Counted from the stretch's first letter, positions 27,139 through 37,916 are shown. The stretch is 64,000 nt of DNA from an uncultured SAR86 cluster bacterium (GCA_902558395.1 CACEDS010000002.1:9662-73661), one strand, 5' to 3'. The notes: generated by a model from the letters alone, not told the origin. Numbers and translations: made by a program.

Positions 27139-27912
27139 TTATTTAGCTGAGTAATATTCTGTTCTCTCGATATCATCTTCTACACACTCTTCGCCATATT
27201 GAATTTCAATAAGGTGACAAGTTTCTTTAAATGGATTTGTTATTTGATGCCATTCTCCTATAGGCACAAGATAATGATCAAACTTATTAAGTTTTATATT
27301 TTGCTTATTATCAGGATCACCTTTACTGTAATTTACAATACAGGATCCTTTGCTGACCATCCATATTTCACTTCTTTTAAAATGCTTCTGGAAGCTCATT
27401 CCTTTACCCGGATCAACAATAAGCTCTTTAACCTTAACCTGATCATCTTCAAAAAGATTGTAGAAAGATCCCCATAACCGTTCTTCGTGATAATATTGCC
27501 AATTTTTAAGTATCCATGATGATGAATTTTTTTTATCATCTCCGCCAACGCTAAATTCAAAGGATATATTATCTAAAGACATTTCAGGGATATTTTCTTT
27601 ATTTCTGTCCCCTCCATTTGCAAAAATTATGTCGTCATCAGGGTACATTTCTTTTATTTTTATCAAAGCATTTTTTGCGCTGCCTAATTCATCATCTTCA
27701 AATTCAATCACCAAATCAATACATGATAAATTTTCAACTATTGCTCTTCGTTCTTCAAATGGCATAAAAAATTTACCTTTCTTATTTATGAGCCATTCAT
27801 CACTATTCAACGCAACTATGAGTTTTTCACCAAGCTTTTTTGCAGATTTAAAGTAGGCTATATGTCCAGAATGTATGGGGTCAAACCCTCCGCTAACAAC
27901 TATTATTTTCAT
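27139..27912 (-). CDS. HIGH-motif cytidylyltransferase fused to a mannose-6-phosphate-isomerase-type cupin
   Basis: SGGFDPIHSGH, FANGGDR, KKNSSS; cupin ERLWGSF, KVKELIV.PG..MSFQKH.KRSE.W, WHQITN, EIQYG..C.EDDIER. Confidence 0.82.
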   Translation of the reverse strand: MKIIVVSGGFDPIHSGHIAYFKSAKKLGEKLIVALNSDEWLINKKGKFFMPFEERRAIVENLSCIDLVIEFEDDELGSAKNALIKIKEMYPDDDIIFANGGDRNKENIPEMSLDNISFEFSVGGDDKKNSSSWILKNWQYYHEERLWGSFYNLFEDDQVKVKELIVDPGKGMSFQKHFKRSEIWMVSKGSCIVNYSKGDPDNKQNIKLNKFDHYLVPIGEWHQITNPFKETCHLIEIQYGEECVEDDIERTEYYSAK

Positions 27913-27974
27913 ATTTTTTATGATTATTTTTTACACATTTTGTAATTATACATTTTTCAACTCTATTAATGGTT

Positions 27975-28526
27975 TTATTCTAAAGTTTTATTGTTATTAA
28001 AAGAATTGAGAGTATAAATTAAGCCTGTATACAAGGTTATGAAAAGCGAAATAAATAAAAATATATCAGCAATGATTATTATCAACATATTATTTATTAA
28101 CAAACCAAAAAGGTAAACAAATAAGGTCGATAATTGAACTGTGGTTTTAACTTTTGCTAAGAATGTAACCTTGGTTGCATCACTTTTTCCATTTCTTGCA
28201 TTGTAATCTCTTAGAGCACCCACCCAAATTTCTCTTGTGATAATTGCTGCGCCTACAAAACCAATCAAATAACTGGATAAATTTATTGCAAGTCCAAATA
28301 AAATAAAAAGAATCAGAATCTTGTCTGCGATTGGATCAAGTATTTCACCAAGGTGGGATACTGCATTATATTTGCGTGCTAAATACCCATCAAAATAATC
28401 AGTTATTCCTGCTAAAAAAAATAATATAAGCGCCATCAGATATCCATCAGGTGACATTAATAATAAAAATATAAATGCTGCAAGAAATATTCTTGATAAT
28501 GTCAGTATATTTATAAAAATTGACAC
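27975..28526 (-). CDS. pgsA: CDP-diacylglycerol--glycerol-3-phosphate 3-phosphatidyltransferase
   Basis: TDYFDGYLARK...GEILDPIADK CDP-alcohol phosphotransferase motif; follows uvrC. Confidence 0.93.
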   Translation of the reverse strand: MSIFINILTLSRIFLAAFIFLLLMSPDGYLMALILFFLAGITDYFDGYLARKYNAVSHLGEILDPIADKILILFILFGLAINLSSYLIGFVGAAIITREIWVGALRDYNARNGKSDATKVTFLAKVKTTVQLSTLFVYLFGLLINNMLIIIIADIFLFISLFITLYTGLIYTLNSFNNNKTLE

Positions 28527-28528
28527 AG

Positions 28529-30316
28529 TTATAGATTTTGTTTAATTAGTTCTGCTATTTTGGCATTAATACCTTTGACAGTCATTAATTCTTCTATATT
28601 TGCAGCTTTAATATTTTTAATACTTTTGAATCTTGCCAATAATTTTTTCTTTAGCACTTCACCAATTCCCTCAATTTTATCTAACTGAGATTTTCTGTTT
28701 TTTGCATTCTTCTTTCTTCTTTGAGCATTAATGGCGAATCTATGAGATTCATCTCTAATTTCTTGTAATAATAAATAACCCTTAGAATCCTTTTGGAACT
28801 CGATAATTCCATCTTTTGATAAGACTGTTTCTGTTGCTCTAATTCTATTAAGACCCTTAACAATTGATAAAACTTTTATGTCTTTATGTTTTGAATTATG
28901 AATTACGGCATGAGAGAAATTTAATTGATTTTTACCTCCATCAATAAGAATCAAATCAGGCTTTATTTCTTTATTTTCATAATATTTTATTCTTCTATGA
29001 ATTACGTGCTCTAAAGAACCAACATCGTTACCTGATAACTCTTTAGATATATTGAATGTTCTATATTCTTTCTTACTAGGTCCCTCATTTGAATAAACAA
29101 CACATGATGCTACAGCATGATAACCTGAAATATGACTAATATCGTATGCTTCAATTTTTTTTATGCCCCTCTTATATCCAAGATAATTTTTTAAATCATC
29201 AAATGCAAAGTTATATTTATCTGATTTACTTAAGTGATTTTGAATAATCTGTTTTGCATTAAGCTTACATAAGTTATATATAGATCGAATAGATTTACTT
29301 GGGCTATGCGTGATTATAACATTTGCATTAAATTTCTTTTTTAATACCTTAGAAATCAATTCTTTACTTTCAAGTGAATGCGAACATAAGACTTTTTTTG
29401 GAATATCTAACTGTGAATCATAGAAATTGATTATCGCCATTTGATATACGGAGTCGATAGATTCAAAAAAAGCTTTCTTAACCAAATGAGTTTTTGTTCC
29501 TCTAATTTTCCCCTTTCTAATCACTATTATTGAAATGCCTATATAGTGATTTTCTGAATGTATAGAGAATACATCTATATCTCTTGAAACAGTAACAACG
29601 GACTGTTCTTCGCGAATAAGTTCAATTCTTTTTAATCTATCTCTTATATCCGCTGCCTTTTCAAAATCTAAATTATTGGATGCTTTTTGAATATCATCTT
29701 TTAGGCGTTCAATAGTTTGAGAATCAGATGATGATAAATATGATTTTGCTGATTCTACGTCTTCAAAGTAATCAATTTTTCTTATATTTTTTATACATGG
29801 CGCAGAACACCTCTTCATTTGAAACTCTATACAAGGTCTAGACCTATTTGAAAAAGTAGAGTCATTACAGTTTCTAAGTTTGAAAATCTTTTGAATTTCC
29901 TTAATAGATTTTTTAACAGCCCCCGAGCTAACAAAGGGACCATAATAATTTGAATTAACTGCTTTTTTTGTTCTTTTTAAATAAATGCCTGGATAATCGT
30001 GATCAAGAGAAAAATATATGTAGGGATACGTTTTATCATCTCTTAGAAGGATATTAAACTTCGGTTTGTTTTCTTTGATTAATGTTTGTTCCAAAAGTAA
30101 TGCTTCAACTTCATTTTTAGTGGTAAAGGTTTCAATGCTATCTGTTAATGATTTTATTTGTGAAGTTTTTCTATCTTTAACAGAGTTACCAAAATAACTT
30201 GAAACTCTTTTTTTTAAATTTTTAGCTTTTCCAATATAAATAATTTCAGTTTTGTTAAAAAATTTATATACGCCCGGTGTTGATGGAACCTTTTTAAGAT
30301 CAACCGCCATGCTCAT
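28529..30316 (-). CDS. uvrC: Excinuclease ABC subunit C
   Basis: PGVYKF, YIGKAKNLKKRVSSY, PKFNILLRDDKTYPY, IEAYDISH, PDLILIDGG, RDESHRFA, C-terminal HhH. Confidence 0.97.
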   Translation of the reverse strand: MSMAVDLKKVPSTPGVYKFFNKTEIIYIGKAKNLKKRVSSYFGNSVKDRKTSQIKSLTDSIETFTTKNEVEALLLEQTLIKENKPKFNILLRDDKTYPYIYFSLDHDYPGIYLKRTKKAVNSNYYGPFVSSGAVKKSIKEIQKIFKLRNCNDSTFSNRSRPCIEFQMKRCSAPCIKNIRKIDYFEDVESAKSYLSSSDSQTIERLKDDIQKASNNLDFEKAADIRDRLKRIELIREEQSVVTVSRDIDVFSIHSENHYIGISIIVIRKGKIRGTKTHLVKKAFFESIDSVYQMAIINFYDSQLDIPKKVLCSHSLESKELISKVLKKKFNANVIITHSPSKSIRSIYNLCKLNAKQIIQNHLSKSDKYNFAFDDLKNYLGYKRGIKKIEAYDISHISGYHAVASCVVYSNEGPSKKEYRTFNISKELSGNDVGSLEHVIHRRIKYYENKEIKPDLILIDGGKNQLNFSHAVIHNSKHKDIKVLSIVKGLNRIRATETVLSKDGIIEFQKDSKGYLLLQEIRDESHRFAINAQRRKKNAKNRKSQLDKIEGIGEVLKKKLLARFKSIKNIKAANIEELMTVKGINAKIAELIKQNL

Positions 30317-31718
30317 CTAAATACTTTTTAGCAAAAATTTTTCCAGCACTAACACCATATTGATCAAAAGGATTAATCTGAAGCATTTTTGCAGTCACAT
30401 AAGTTCTATGTTCCCAAGTTGCAATTAAAAACCCTAGAGTTTTTGGATTTAATTCTTTGAGTGTGAATAGATTTGTAGGAATATTTCCATTTACTTGCTC
30501 AAATGATTCTAGTTCTTCATGAGGTCCATTCGATAAAAGGCCTGCTTGTGCTTGTGATTGAGCATATAACAATTTATTAGTGCCTTTATTAGACTTAATT
30601 GTAAAAATATCTACACATGCAGAAGCTGTGCCTTGATGTAGTAATTGAAAGTAACTATGTTGGGCAGTGGAACCAAAACCCCCAAAAATAACCTGACCAG
30701 TATTTTTAAATATTGAATTAGGATTTGCTTGCTTTCCAATAGACTCCATTTCAAGTTGCTGAGCATAATCAGAAAAAAATCTCATTTTCCAGCTATATAA
30801 GAGAAGAACTCTAGTGTGCTTATTATCAAAATTGTTATACCAAATATCACTAAAAGATAGTAAATTTATAAATTCATTATAATCATCATCATTGAGCAGA
30901 AGATTGTCTGCTTCATGTCCTCCAAGCAAGAAATCTTTAAAATTTTCACCAAGTTCTAATATTGCCGGAAGTGATATTGGAGACCACATTGAATATCTTC
31001 CTCCAATTTCATTTGGAAATTCAATTATGTTTTCTTTGAAACCAAATTTTTGAGCTTTATCTGGCTGGGAGGTAATAGCTATAAAGTGATCTTCAAATTT
31101 ACATTTGGCTTCCAGCCATGCTTTAGATAAAGCCATACTTTGCAGAGTTTCATCAGTGCTGAATGACTTAGAGGAAACAATAAAAAAAGTATCCTCTTGA
31201 TTTAATGGTTTAACTGTTTCATTAAATTCAACTGTATCTGGTCCGGTTAAGAAAATGTGCTTAAAGTTTCTATCATTCTCACTTGTTAGTGTTTCAATTA
31301 ACAATTTAGGTCCTTCAAAAGAACCACCAATACCAATAGTAACAATGTTTTTAATACCTTTTTTAATTAAGCTCTGTTTAAGTCTTATACATTTATCAAT
31401 ATTTAATCGACAAGATTCTATTAATTCTGCAGAAGCAAAATTGTTTGAAGAGAAAGCATGCATATCTCTGTAAACATGATGCAATGCTGACTGATTTTCA
31501 GTTTCGTTAACAATATCACCCTTAAATAAAGACTGAATTGACTGAGCAACCTTTAGATCATCATAATGAGATTTAAACAAAGAAAAAAGCTTACTATTAA
31601 ATCCCCTTAATGAGGATTTATATTCTAGATTGTCGTTTGTGTATACATGCTGAAAAACCTCATCTTTGCATTGAGAAGTCTCATCCATAATTTTATTGAA
31701 TATGTTCATCTCTACCAT
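30300..31718 (-). CDS. pgi: Glucose-6-phosphate isomerase
   Basis: IGIGGSFEGP, SSKSFSTDET, GGRYSMWS, QQLEMESIGK, QHSYFQLLHQG, NPFDQYGV. Confidence 0.95.
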   Translation of the reverse strand: MVEMNIFNKIMDETSQCKDEVFQHVYTNDNLEYKSSLRGFNSKLFSLFKSHYDDLKVAQSIQSLFKGDIVNETENQSALHHVYRDMHAFSSNNFASAELIESCRLNIDKCIRLKQSLIKKGIKNIVTIGIGGSFEGPKLLIETLTSENDRNFKHIFLTGPDTVEFNETVKPLNQEDTFFIVSSKSFSTDETLQSMALSKAWLEAKCKFEDHFIAITSQPDKAQKFGFKENIIEFPNEIGGRYSMWSPISLPAILELGENFKDFLLGGHEADNLLLNDDDYNEFINLLSFSDIWYNNFDNKHTRVLLLYSWKMRFFSDYAQQLEMESIGKQANPNSIFKNTGQVIFGGFGSTAQHSYFQLLHQGTASACVDIFTIKSNKGTNKLLYAQSQAQAGLLSNGPHEELESFEQVNGNIPTNLFTLKELNPKTLGFLIATWEHRTYVTAKMLQINPFDQYGVSAGKIFAKKYLDEHGG

Positions 31719-32383
31719 ATTGAATTATGAATTTCTTGAAGTGCATCACTAATGTTTGGTGCATTAGTGATAGGTCTACCTATCACAATATAGTCTGCAC
31801 CTTTTGAAATAGCATCTTTTGGGGTCATCACCCTGCTTTGATCATCCGCAGATTCAGAAAGTCTTATTCCTGGAGTTATAGACAGCAATGATTTTCTTTC
31901 AAGAACCAAATCAAGTTCATGAGGTGAACATACAACTCCGTCAATTTGTGCTTCTTGAGCTAAATCTAGCATTGCTTTTACCTGATTGGATGCAGTTCTT
32001 TGAAAGATAGTAGTAGTGTCTTCATCTGATAAACTGGTTAAAGCTGTAACACCAAATATTTTAATATTAGTGTCTGAAACCGCTTTTTTTGCAGCTTTCA
32101 TCATCTCTAGACCTCCAGAAGTGTGAATAGTCATCATACTTATTGGCAAAGAAACTAGTCCCTCAATAGATTTTTTTACAGTATTTGGTATGTCATGTAA
32201 TTTGAGATCTAAAAAAATTTCAAACCCCTGAGAGGCAACATATGATAAAGCCTCATGCCCTATAGCATTAAAACTTACACTTCCTACCTTTATCATACAT
32301 AAGTCACTATCAAGAGAGTCAACAGTTTGCTTGAAAGAGCTTAGTTGAGTCTCATCGATCGCTACGATGATTGATTTTGACAT
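31712..32383 (-). CDS. pyrF: Orotidine-5'-phosphate decarboxylase
   Basis: FLDLKLHDIPNTV, DGVVCS, TPGIR, DQSRVMTP, IVIGRPIT. Confidence 0.97.
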   Translation of the reverse strand: MSKSIIVAIDETQLSSFKQTVDSLDSDLCMIKVGSVSFNAIGHEALSYVASQGFEIFLDLKLHDIPNTVKKSIEGLVSLPISMMTIHTSGGLEMMKAAKKAVSDTNIKIFGVTALTSLSDEDTTTIFQRTASNQVKAMLDLAQEAQIDGVVCSPHELDLVLERKSLLSITPGIRLSESADDQSRVMTPKDAISKGADYIVIGRPITNAPNISDALQEIHNSIW

Positions 32384-32406
32384 AGTTTCTAAATGTTAAA
32401 CTTAAC

Positions 32407-32700
32407 TTACTTTTCTATCAATGATTTTGATGGCTTGAAGTGCATTGTTGCAGTTTCGCCTAAATATGATACTTCTTTAGTTTTAGGATTAATAAACTTT
32501 CTAGGCCTTATATATTTCTTTGAAAAGGTACCAAATCCTCTTATTTCAACCTTTTCATCTAGCGCAACAGCATCAACAATTGATTCTAAAATGGAATCAA
32601 TTGCTAATGAAATTTGTGATTTATTAAGATTTGGAAACTCTTGACTTAAAGCTAACTCAATATCTGAACGATTGAAAGTCTGTTGTTTCTTGTTACTCAC
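32407..32700 (-). CDS. ihfB: Integration host factor beta subunit
   Basis: [27 protein letters not shown]; immediately after rpsA; GTG start. Confidence 0.88.
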   Translation of the reverse strand: MSNKKQQTFNRSDIELALSQEFPNLNKSQISLAIDSILESIVDAVALDEKVEIRGFGTFSKKYIRPRKFINPKTKEVSYLGETATMHFKPSKSLIEK

Positions 32701-34000
32701 TCAGCTTTAAAGATATTCTTTCTCTCTCTGCGTCAACGGCAAAAACTATACAATCTAGTTTATCACCTTTCTTGTATTGCTCCAGTGCTTCTTTTGGATC
32801 TTCGTCTTCAGAAATATCAGACAAATGTATTAATCCATCAATATCACCTTCAAGTCCAACGAATATACCAAAATCAGTAATAGATTTTATTTGACCATCA
32901 ACCTTATCACCGATGCCATATTTATTAGCAAATTCAGTCCAAGGGTTTGCTTTAGTTTGTTTTAGGCCAAGTGAAATTCTTCTTTTATCATGATCAATTT
33001 CCAAGATCATAACTTTAATTTTTTGATCCATTTCAACAACCTTTGAAGGATGGATATTTTTGCTTGTCCAGTCGAGTTCAGATAAATGTATTAATCCTTC
33101 AATACCCTCTTCTAATTGTGCGAAACATCCATAATCAGTAATGTTGGAAACAGATGCTTCGTATACACCACCAACCGCATAGTTGCTTTCAACATTTTCC
33201 CATGGATCATTTTGAATCTGTTTTAATCCTAGAGATACTCTTAATTTTTCTTTATCAAAGCTGAGAATTTTTACATCTATTTCATCGCCAAGATTAAGAA
33301 ATTCTGCAGGATTCGTTACTCTTGACCAAGAGATATCGGTAATGTGAAGCAAGCCATCTAAACCACCTAAGTCTACAAAAGCTCCATAATCAGTAATATT
33401 CTTGACAACACCCTTAACTATTTGACCTTCTTCAAGATTCTTCAACAGCTCAACTTTTACAGCAGAGTTGTTTTTCTCAAGAACAGCTTTTCTTGAAAGA
33501 ACTACATTATTTCTTTTGTAATCAAGTTTGATTACTTTAAATTCTTGTACTGTATTTTCAATATCTGGAGCTTCTTTTACAGGCCTGACATCAACAAGAG
33601 ATCCTGGTAAAAATGCTTTTACAACCTCTACCTCAACAGCAAACCCACCTTTAACTCTATTATGAATTTTACCAGTAACAAACTCTCCGGTTTCTAAAGC
33701 TTCTTCAAGCATTTTCCAAGTTGTTATTTTTCTTGCTTTTTCACGAGAAATTCTTGTTTCTCCATATCCATCTTCAACAGCTTCTAAGGCAACTTCAACC
33801 TCATCACCAACAGATATGTTAACTTCTCCTTCGTTATTTCTGAATTCATCAAGAGGTACAACCCCTTCTGATTTTAAACCTACATGGACTGTTACCCAGT
33901 CGTTATCTACATCCAATACAACTCCAGATACTATTGATCCAGGTTGCATATCTAAAGTGCTTAAACTTTCATCAAGTAAAGCGGCAAATGATTCTGTCAT
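32693..34000 (-). CDS. rpsA: 30S ribosomal protein S1 (five S1 domains)
   Basis: [68 protein letters not shown]; follows cmk. Confidence 0.97.
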   Translation of the reverse strand: MTESFAALLDESLSTLDMQPGSIVSGVVLDVDNDWVTVHVGLKSEGVVPLDEFRNNEGEVNISVGDEVEVALEAVEDGYGETRISREKARKITTWKMLEEALETGEFVTGKIHNRVKGGFAVEVEVVKAFLPGSLVDVRPVKEAPDIENTVQEFKVIKLDYKRNNVVLSRKAVLEKNNSAVKVELLKNLEEGQIVKGVVKNITDYGAFVDLGGLDGLLHITDISWSRVTNPAEFLNLGDEIDVKILSFDKEKLRVSLGLKQIQNDPWENVESNYAVGGVYEASVSNITDYGCFAQLEEGIEGLIHLSELDWTSKNIHPSKVVEMDQKIKVMILEIDHDKRRISLGLKQTKANPWTEFANKYGIGDKVDGQIKSITDFGIFVGLEGDIDGLIHLSDISEDEDPKEALEQYKKGDKLDCIVFAVDAERERISLKLSE

Positions 34001-34656
34001 TTATTAAATTCCTTTTTTGTGAGCTTTTTAGTAAAACTCAGTACTTCTTCAGGGGTCATTTCAGATGAATCAATTACTATTGAATCTTCTGCTGGAATTA
34101 AAGGCGATAACTTTCTAGTTTTATCCTTTAAGTCTCTTTGCTTAATGTCCTCAATCAGAGCGAGCATATTAACTTCTTGACCTCGATTCTGCAACTCTAA
34201 TTGTCTTCTTTTTGCTCTTATTTCAGGTGAAGCATTTAGAAAGATTTTCAACTTAGCGTTAGGGAATACTACTGTGCCCATATCTCTTCCATCAGCTACC
34301 AGTCCTTTTGGTAAATAAAAACCTCGTTGAAGTAACAGCAGGTTTTCTCTAGTCTCAGGAAGTGCGCTAATCTTAGACGCAGCTTTAGCTGTAGATTCTT
34401 TTCTTAATTCATCGGTAATATTATTTTTTTCTTTTAAAACAACGATTCCACTCTCATCAGACTTGAAAATTATATCCTTATTGATAGTTTTTGTTATTTG
34501 AGCATGCTCAATCCCGCAGTCATATAAATAAGCATAAACTCTATATAACAAACCACTATCGAGTATTTCAAAACCTAAATATTTTGCAATATTTCTTGCA
34601 AGAGTCCCTTTTCCTGAAGCAGAGGGCCCATCAATGGTAACGATATTATCTTTCAT
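33997..34656 (-). CDS. cmk: Cytidylate kinase
   Basis: [44 protein letters not shown]. Confidence 0.97.
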   Translation of the reverse strand: MKDNIVTIDGPSASGKGTLARNIAKYLGFEILDSGLLYRVYAYLYDCGIEHAQITKTINKDIIFKSDESGIVVLKEKNNITDELRKESTAKAASKISALPETRENLLLLQRGFYLPKGLVADGRDMGTVVFPNAKLKIFLNASPEIRAKRRQLELQNRGQEVNMLALIEDIKQRDLKDKTRKLSPLIPAEDSIVIDSSEMTPEEVLSFTKKLTKKEFNK

Positions 34657-35956
34657 TTATTGCAATACCCAGTGAGCTCATTACTTCAATAAAATTAGGA
34701 AACGAAGTTAAGATATTTTTACAGTCCTCAACATAAATTCCCTTTTTAGATCTTAAACTAGCAATAAGAAAACTCATTGCAATTCTATGATCACCATGAG
34801 AGTCAATTTCAGCCATTACAGATATATCTTCAGAGGAACCAATAATTTTGATTCCATCATGAAATAACTCGTGTTGTATATTTATTTTTTGCAATCCGTC
34901 AGATATTGCTTGAAGTCTATCAGATTCCTTAACTCTCAACTCTTCTGCCTCAGTAATTAATGTTTCTCCTTTGGCGAAAGATGCAGCAATACTTAAAATT
35001 GGAATTTCATCAATTATATTTGGAATAATATCTCCACTTATAGCAATACCATGCAGCTCTGATGAGACAACATGAACATCTCCAACCTCTTCATTGGATA
35101 TAAGACGTTCATTTTTTATTTCTATTTTTGCTCCCATCGACCTTAAGACACTTATTAACCCGCATCTTGTTGGATTAAGTCCAACATTTTTTATCAGTAA
35201 ATTTGATTCTTTCGCTATTAAACCAGCAACTATTAAAAATGATGCTGATGAAAAGTCACCAGCAACTTCATATTTTTTTGTTGGAATTAATTTTGAAGGC
35301 TTGAGTGTAATTTTATTACCCAAGTCATGTGATTCAGTACAAATATCTCCATTAAAGTAGCTTATCATTCTTTCTGTATGATTTCTGGTTGGATGTTTTT
35401 CAATAACAGTTACTTTTTTATTTGCAGCTAGAGCTGCGAGAATAATACTAGATTTAACTTGCGCACTTGCAATAGGCATCTCGTAAGAAAAATCATCTTT
35501 AATTAATCCATCTAAGATTTTTACAGGGGGCTTACCCTCATTACAAGTTACTGTTGCACCCATATCATTTAGGGGATTGGCAACCCTTAACATTGGGCGC
35601 TTTGTTAATGATTCATCTCCAACAAGAGTTGCTTTTATGCCAATACTGGAAATTAAACCCATCATTAATCTCATGCCAGTGCCTGAGTTTCCAAGATCAA
35701 CATTTACAGCAGGATCTTTGAACGGGATATCTCTTTTTTTTATTGAGACTGATGTGCCATTAATTTTGATACTAGAGCCTATTGCATTTAAAGCATTCGC
35801 TGTAGATATTGGATCTTCTCCGTTTAAGAAGCCACTAATTTCAATATCTTCATTTAGAAGCGAACCTATTATTACCGCTCTTTGGGAGATAGATTTATCA
35901 CCTGGACACAAAACTTCGCCTGAAATTGAAGGGGTATATTGTGCAACTAAATTCAA
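34646..35956 (-). CDS. aroA: EPSP synthase
   Basis: PGDKSISQRA, GNSGTGMRL, SAQVKSS, RNHTERM, ELRVKESDR, DHRIAMSF. Confidence 0.97.
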   Translation of the reverse strand: MNLVAQYTPSISGEVLCPGDKSISQRAVIIGSLLNEDIEISGFLNGEDPISTANALNAIGSSIKINGTSVSIKKRDIPFKDPAVNVDLGNSGTGMRLMMGLISSIGIKATLVGDESLTKRPMLRVANPLNDMGATVTCNEGKPPVKILDGLIKDDFSYEMPIASAQVKSSIILAALAANKKVTVIEKHPTRNHTERMISYFNGDICTESHDLGNKITLKPSKLIPTKKYEVAGDFSSASFLIVAGLIAKESNLLIKNVGLNPTRCGLISVLRSMGAKIEIKNERLISNEEVGDVHVVSSELHGIAISGDIIPNIIDEIPILSIAASFAKGETLITEAEELRVKESDRLQAISDGLQKINIQHELFHDGIKIIGSSEDISVMAEIDSHGDHRIAMSFLIASLRSKKGIYVEDCKNILTSFPNFIEVMSSLGIAINER

Positions 35957-36828
35957 AACGTATCTTCTTTATATTTTTTGATTTCTTCTAGTTCGTTTTT
36001 AAGAATATCTGAATGAGAGAATGAGCTTGGTATCTCTTTAATTTTTGTTATTAACTCTAATAAATTATTTATTGATAATTGAAAGCTGGCTAATGATTTA
36101 ATAATATTTTTTTCATTAAGCTCAAATATATCTTTCCACATCTCAGGGTTTGATCCGCTCAGCCTTATAAATTCTCTAAGTCCTCCACCTGCATTGTCAC
36201 CTACGTCTTTTTCAGCCAATCTAATAGAATCGATAAGTGCATATGAAATCAAATGAGGTAAGTGACTTGTCATAGCAAATAAAAGATCATGTTCTTTAAC
36301 AGACATTTCGCTTACTCTCATTGAAAGCGCATGCTGCCAGAAATTTTTTATCTTGGTCATATGTGCTTCATTTACATTATACGGATTACAAATGATTGTC
36401 TTTTTATTGAGAAATAGTTCTTCATCTATACCGCCAATACCAGACTTATCTGAACCTGCTATAGGATGAGAGAAGATTATGTTATTGGGTGAGTCAAAGT
36501 TAAGTTGATTTTTAACACTTGATGTTTCGGTTATTGTTATTTCTGTGTTCCATAAATTCTTTAATTCAGAAATCACAACCTGGGTTGCTCTAGGAGAAAC
36601 AGCAACTATTAATATATCTATCTTTCCTACTAAACTTTTATCATTTATATCTTTTAAAGATTCAAATGAGCTATCTATGATATTTTTATTTAATGCTTCC
36701 TTAAGGCTATTTTTATCCTCATCAAAACCATGAACTATTAACCCTTTATTTTTTGCAGCCTTTGCAAGAGAAGAACCTATTAAGCCTAGACCAATTACTA
36801 ATATTTCCTTAGCTGGGCTGCTCATCAA
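35953..36828 (-). CDS. tyrA: Prephenate/cyclohexadienyl dehydrogenase
   Basis: IGLGLIGSS, ETSSVK, HPIAGSDKSG, EHDLLFAMTSHLPH, PEMWKDI. Confidence 0.94.
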   Translation of the reverse strand: MMSSPAKEILVIGLGLIGSSLAKAAKNKGLIVHGFDEDKNSLKEALNKNIIDSSFESLKDINDKSLVGKIDILIVAVSPRATQVVISELKNLWNTEITITETSSVKNQLNFDSPNNIIFSHPIAGSDKSGIGGIDEELFLNKKTIICNPYNVNEAHMTKIKNFWQHALSMRVSEMSVKEHDLLFAMTSHLPHLISYALIDSIRLAEKDVGDNAGGGLREFIRLSGSNPEMWKDIFELNEKNIIKSLASFQLSINNLLELITKIKEIPSSFSHSDILKNELEEIKKYKEDTF

Positions 36829-37916
36829 GTAAGCTCCCTTAATTTTGTTAGAAAATATAAGTTTTCATCTTCAGTTCCAACTGTTACACGGATGTATTCA
36901 GGCATATCATATAATGCTACAGGTCTTACAATTACTCCTTGCTTCATCAATTCAGTAAATAACTCTTGAGCGTTAAAATTCCCTTTAAAAGATATAAAAT
37001 TTCCTTGTGATGGAATGCACTGCATTCCTAAATCAGTAAGTTCTTTAAATAAAAATTCTCGTTGAGAATGATTTAATTCAATACTTTTTGTAATATGTTC
37101 TTTATCCAAAATAGCATTGCATGCTGCCTCCTGAGCAATAGCATTAGAATTAAAAGGTTGTCTAATTTTATTTAAAACACCAATCAAGTCCTGACATGCA
37201 AGACCATAACCAATTCTTAGACTTGCAAGACCTTGTATTTTTGAGAATGTTTTTGTAATTAATAAATTTTGATATTTATCTAGCAGTTCATTAATTTTTA
37301 TATAGTCATCAGCCTTAACGTATTCAAAATATGCTAAATCAAGAATTACTAATATTGAAGGCGATATCTTTTCCATCAATGATTCAAATTCTGAATGTGA
37401 GTTATATGTTCCTGTTGGATTATTTGGATTAGCAATAAAACATACTCTAGTATTTTCTTTAATAGCTGAAGGAAATTCATCTAGATCATGCTTCCAGTCT
37501 TTTGCTGGGACTTCAATTATTTCTGATCCGCATGCTTTGGTTACTATTTTATATACTGCAAAAGCATGCTTAGACATAACTGCACTTACATCTTTATTAA
37601 GAAATGCTCTTGCTGCAAGTTCTAATATTTCATTAGATCCGTTACCAACAATAATATTTTCTGTGCCAACTGATTCATGATCTGCAATTAAAGATTTAAG
37701 TTTTTTAGAATCGCCATCAGGATATAAATGCAAATCATTACTCAAGGCTAGTGTTTCAATAGCTTTTGGAGATGGTCCTAGTGGATTTTCATTACTGGCT
37801 AGTTTTACAACTTTATCAGGCTTATATTCTGCAACGACCTCATCTATCGAGCGGCCCGGCTCGTAAGGGTGAAGATCAGATATTCCTTCATTGAGAAAAT
37901 TTAAAAGTTTACTCAT
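36825..37916 (-). CDS. hisC: Histidinol-phosphate aminotransferase
   Basis: KLASNENPLG, GNGSNEIL, ANPNNPTG, KTFSKIQGLASLRIGY. Confidence 0.95.
   Translation of the reverse strand: MSKLLNFLNEGISDLHPYEPGRSIDEVVAEYKPDKVVKLASNENPLGPSPKAIETLALSNDLHLYPDGDSKKLKSLIADHESVGTENIIVGNGSNEILELAARAFLNKDVSAVMSKHAFAVYKIVTKACGSEIIEVPAKDWKHDLDEFPSAIKENTRVCFIANPNNPTGTYNSHSEFESLMEKISPSILVILDLAYFEYVKADDYIKINELLDKYQNLLITKTFSKIQGLASLRIGYGLACQDLIGVLNKIRQPFNSNAIAQEAACNAILDKEHITKSIELNHSQREFLFKELTDLGMQCIPSQGNFISFKGNFNAQELFTELMKQGVIVRPVALYDMPEYIRVTVGTEDENLYFLTKLRELT

Noticed and set aside
25961-28526. Archaeal-type ether lipid pathway (G1PDH near pgsA)
   Set aside because: No GGGP/DGGGP synthase in the window; the three-gene context matches gtp1-3 better. 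Kept only as an alternative
30300-31718. Pgi shorter than the roughly 550-aa enterobacterial enzyme as a pseudogene
   Set aside because: Single open frame with all catalytic motifs; consistent with a compact orthologue
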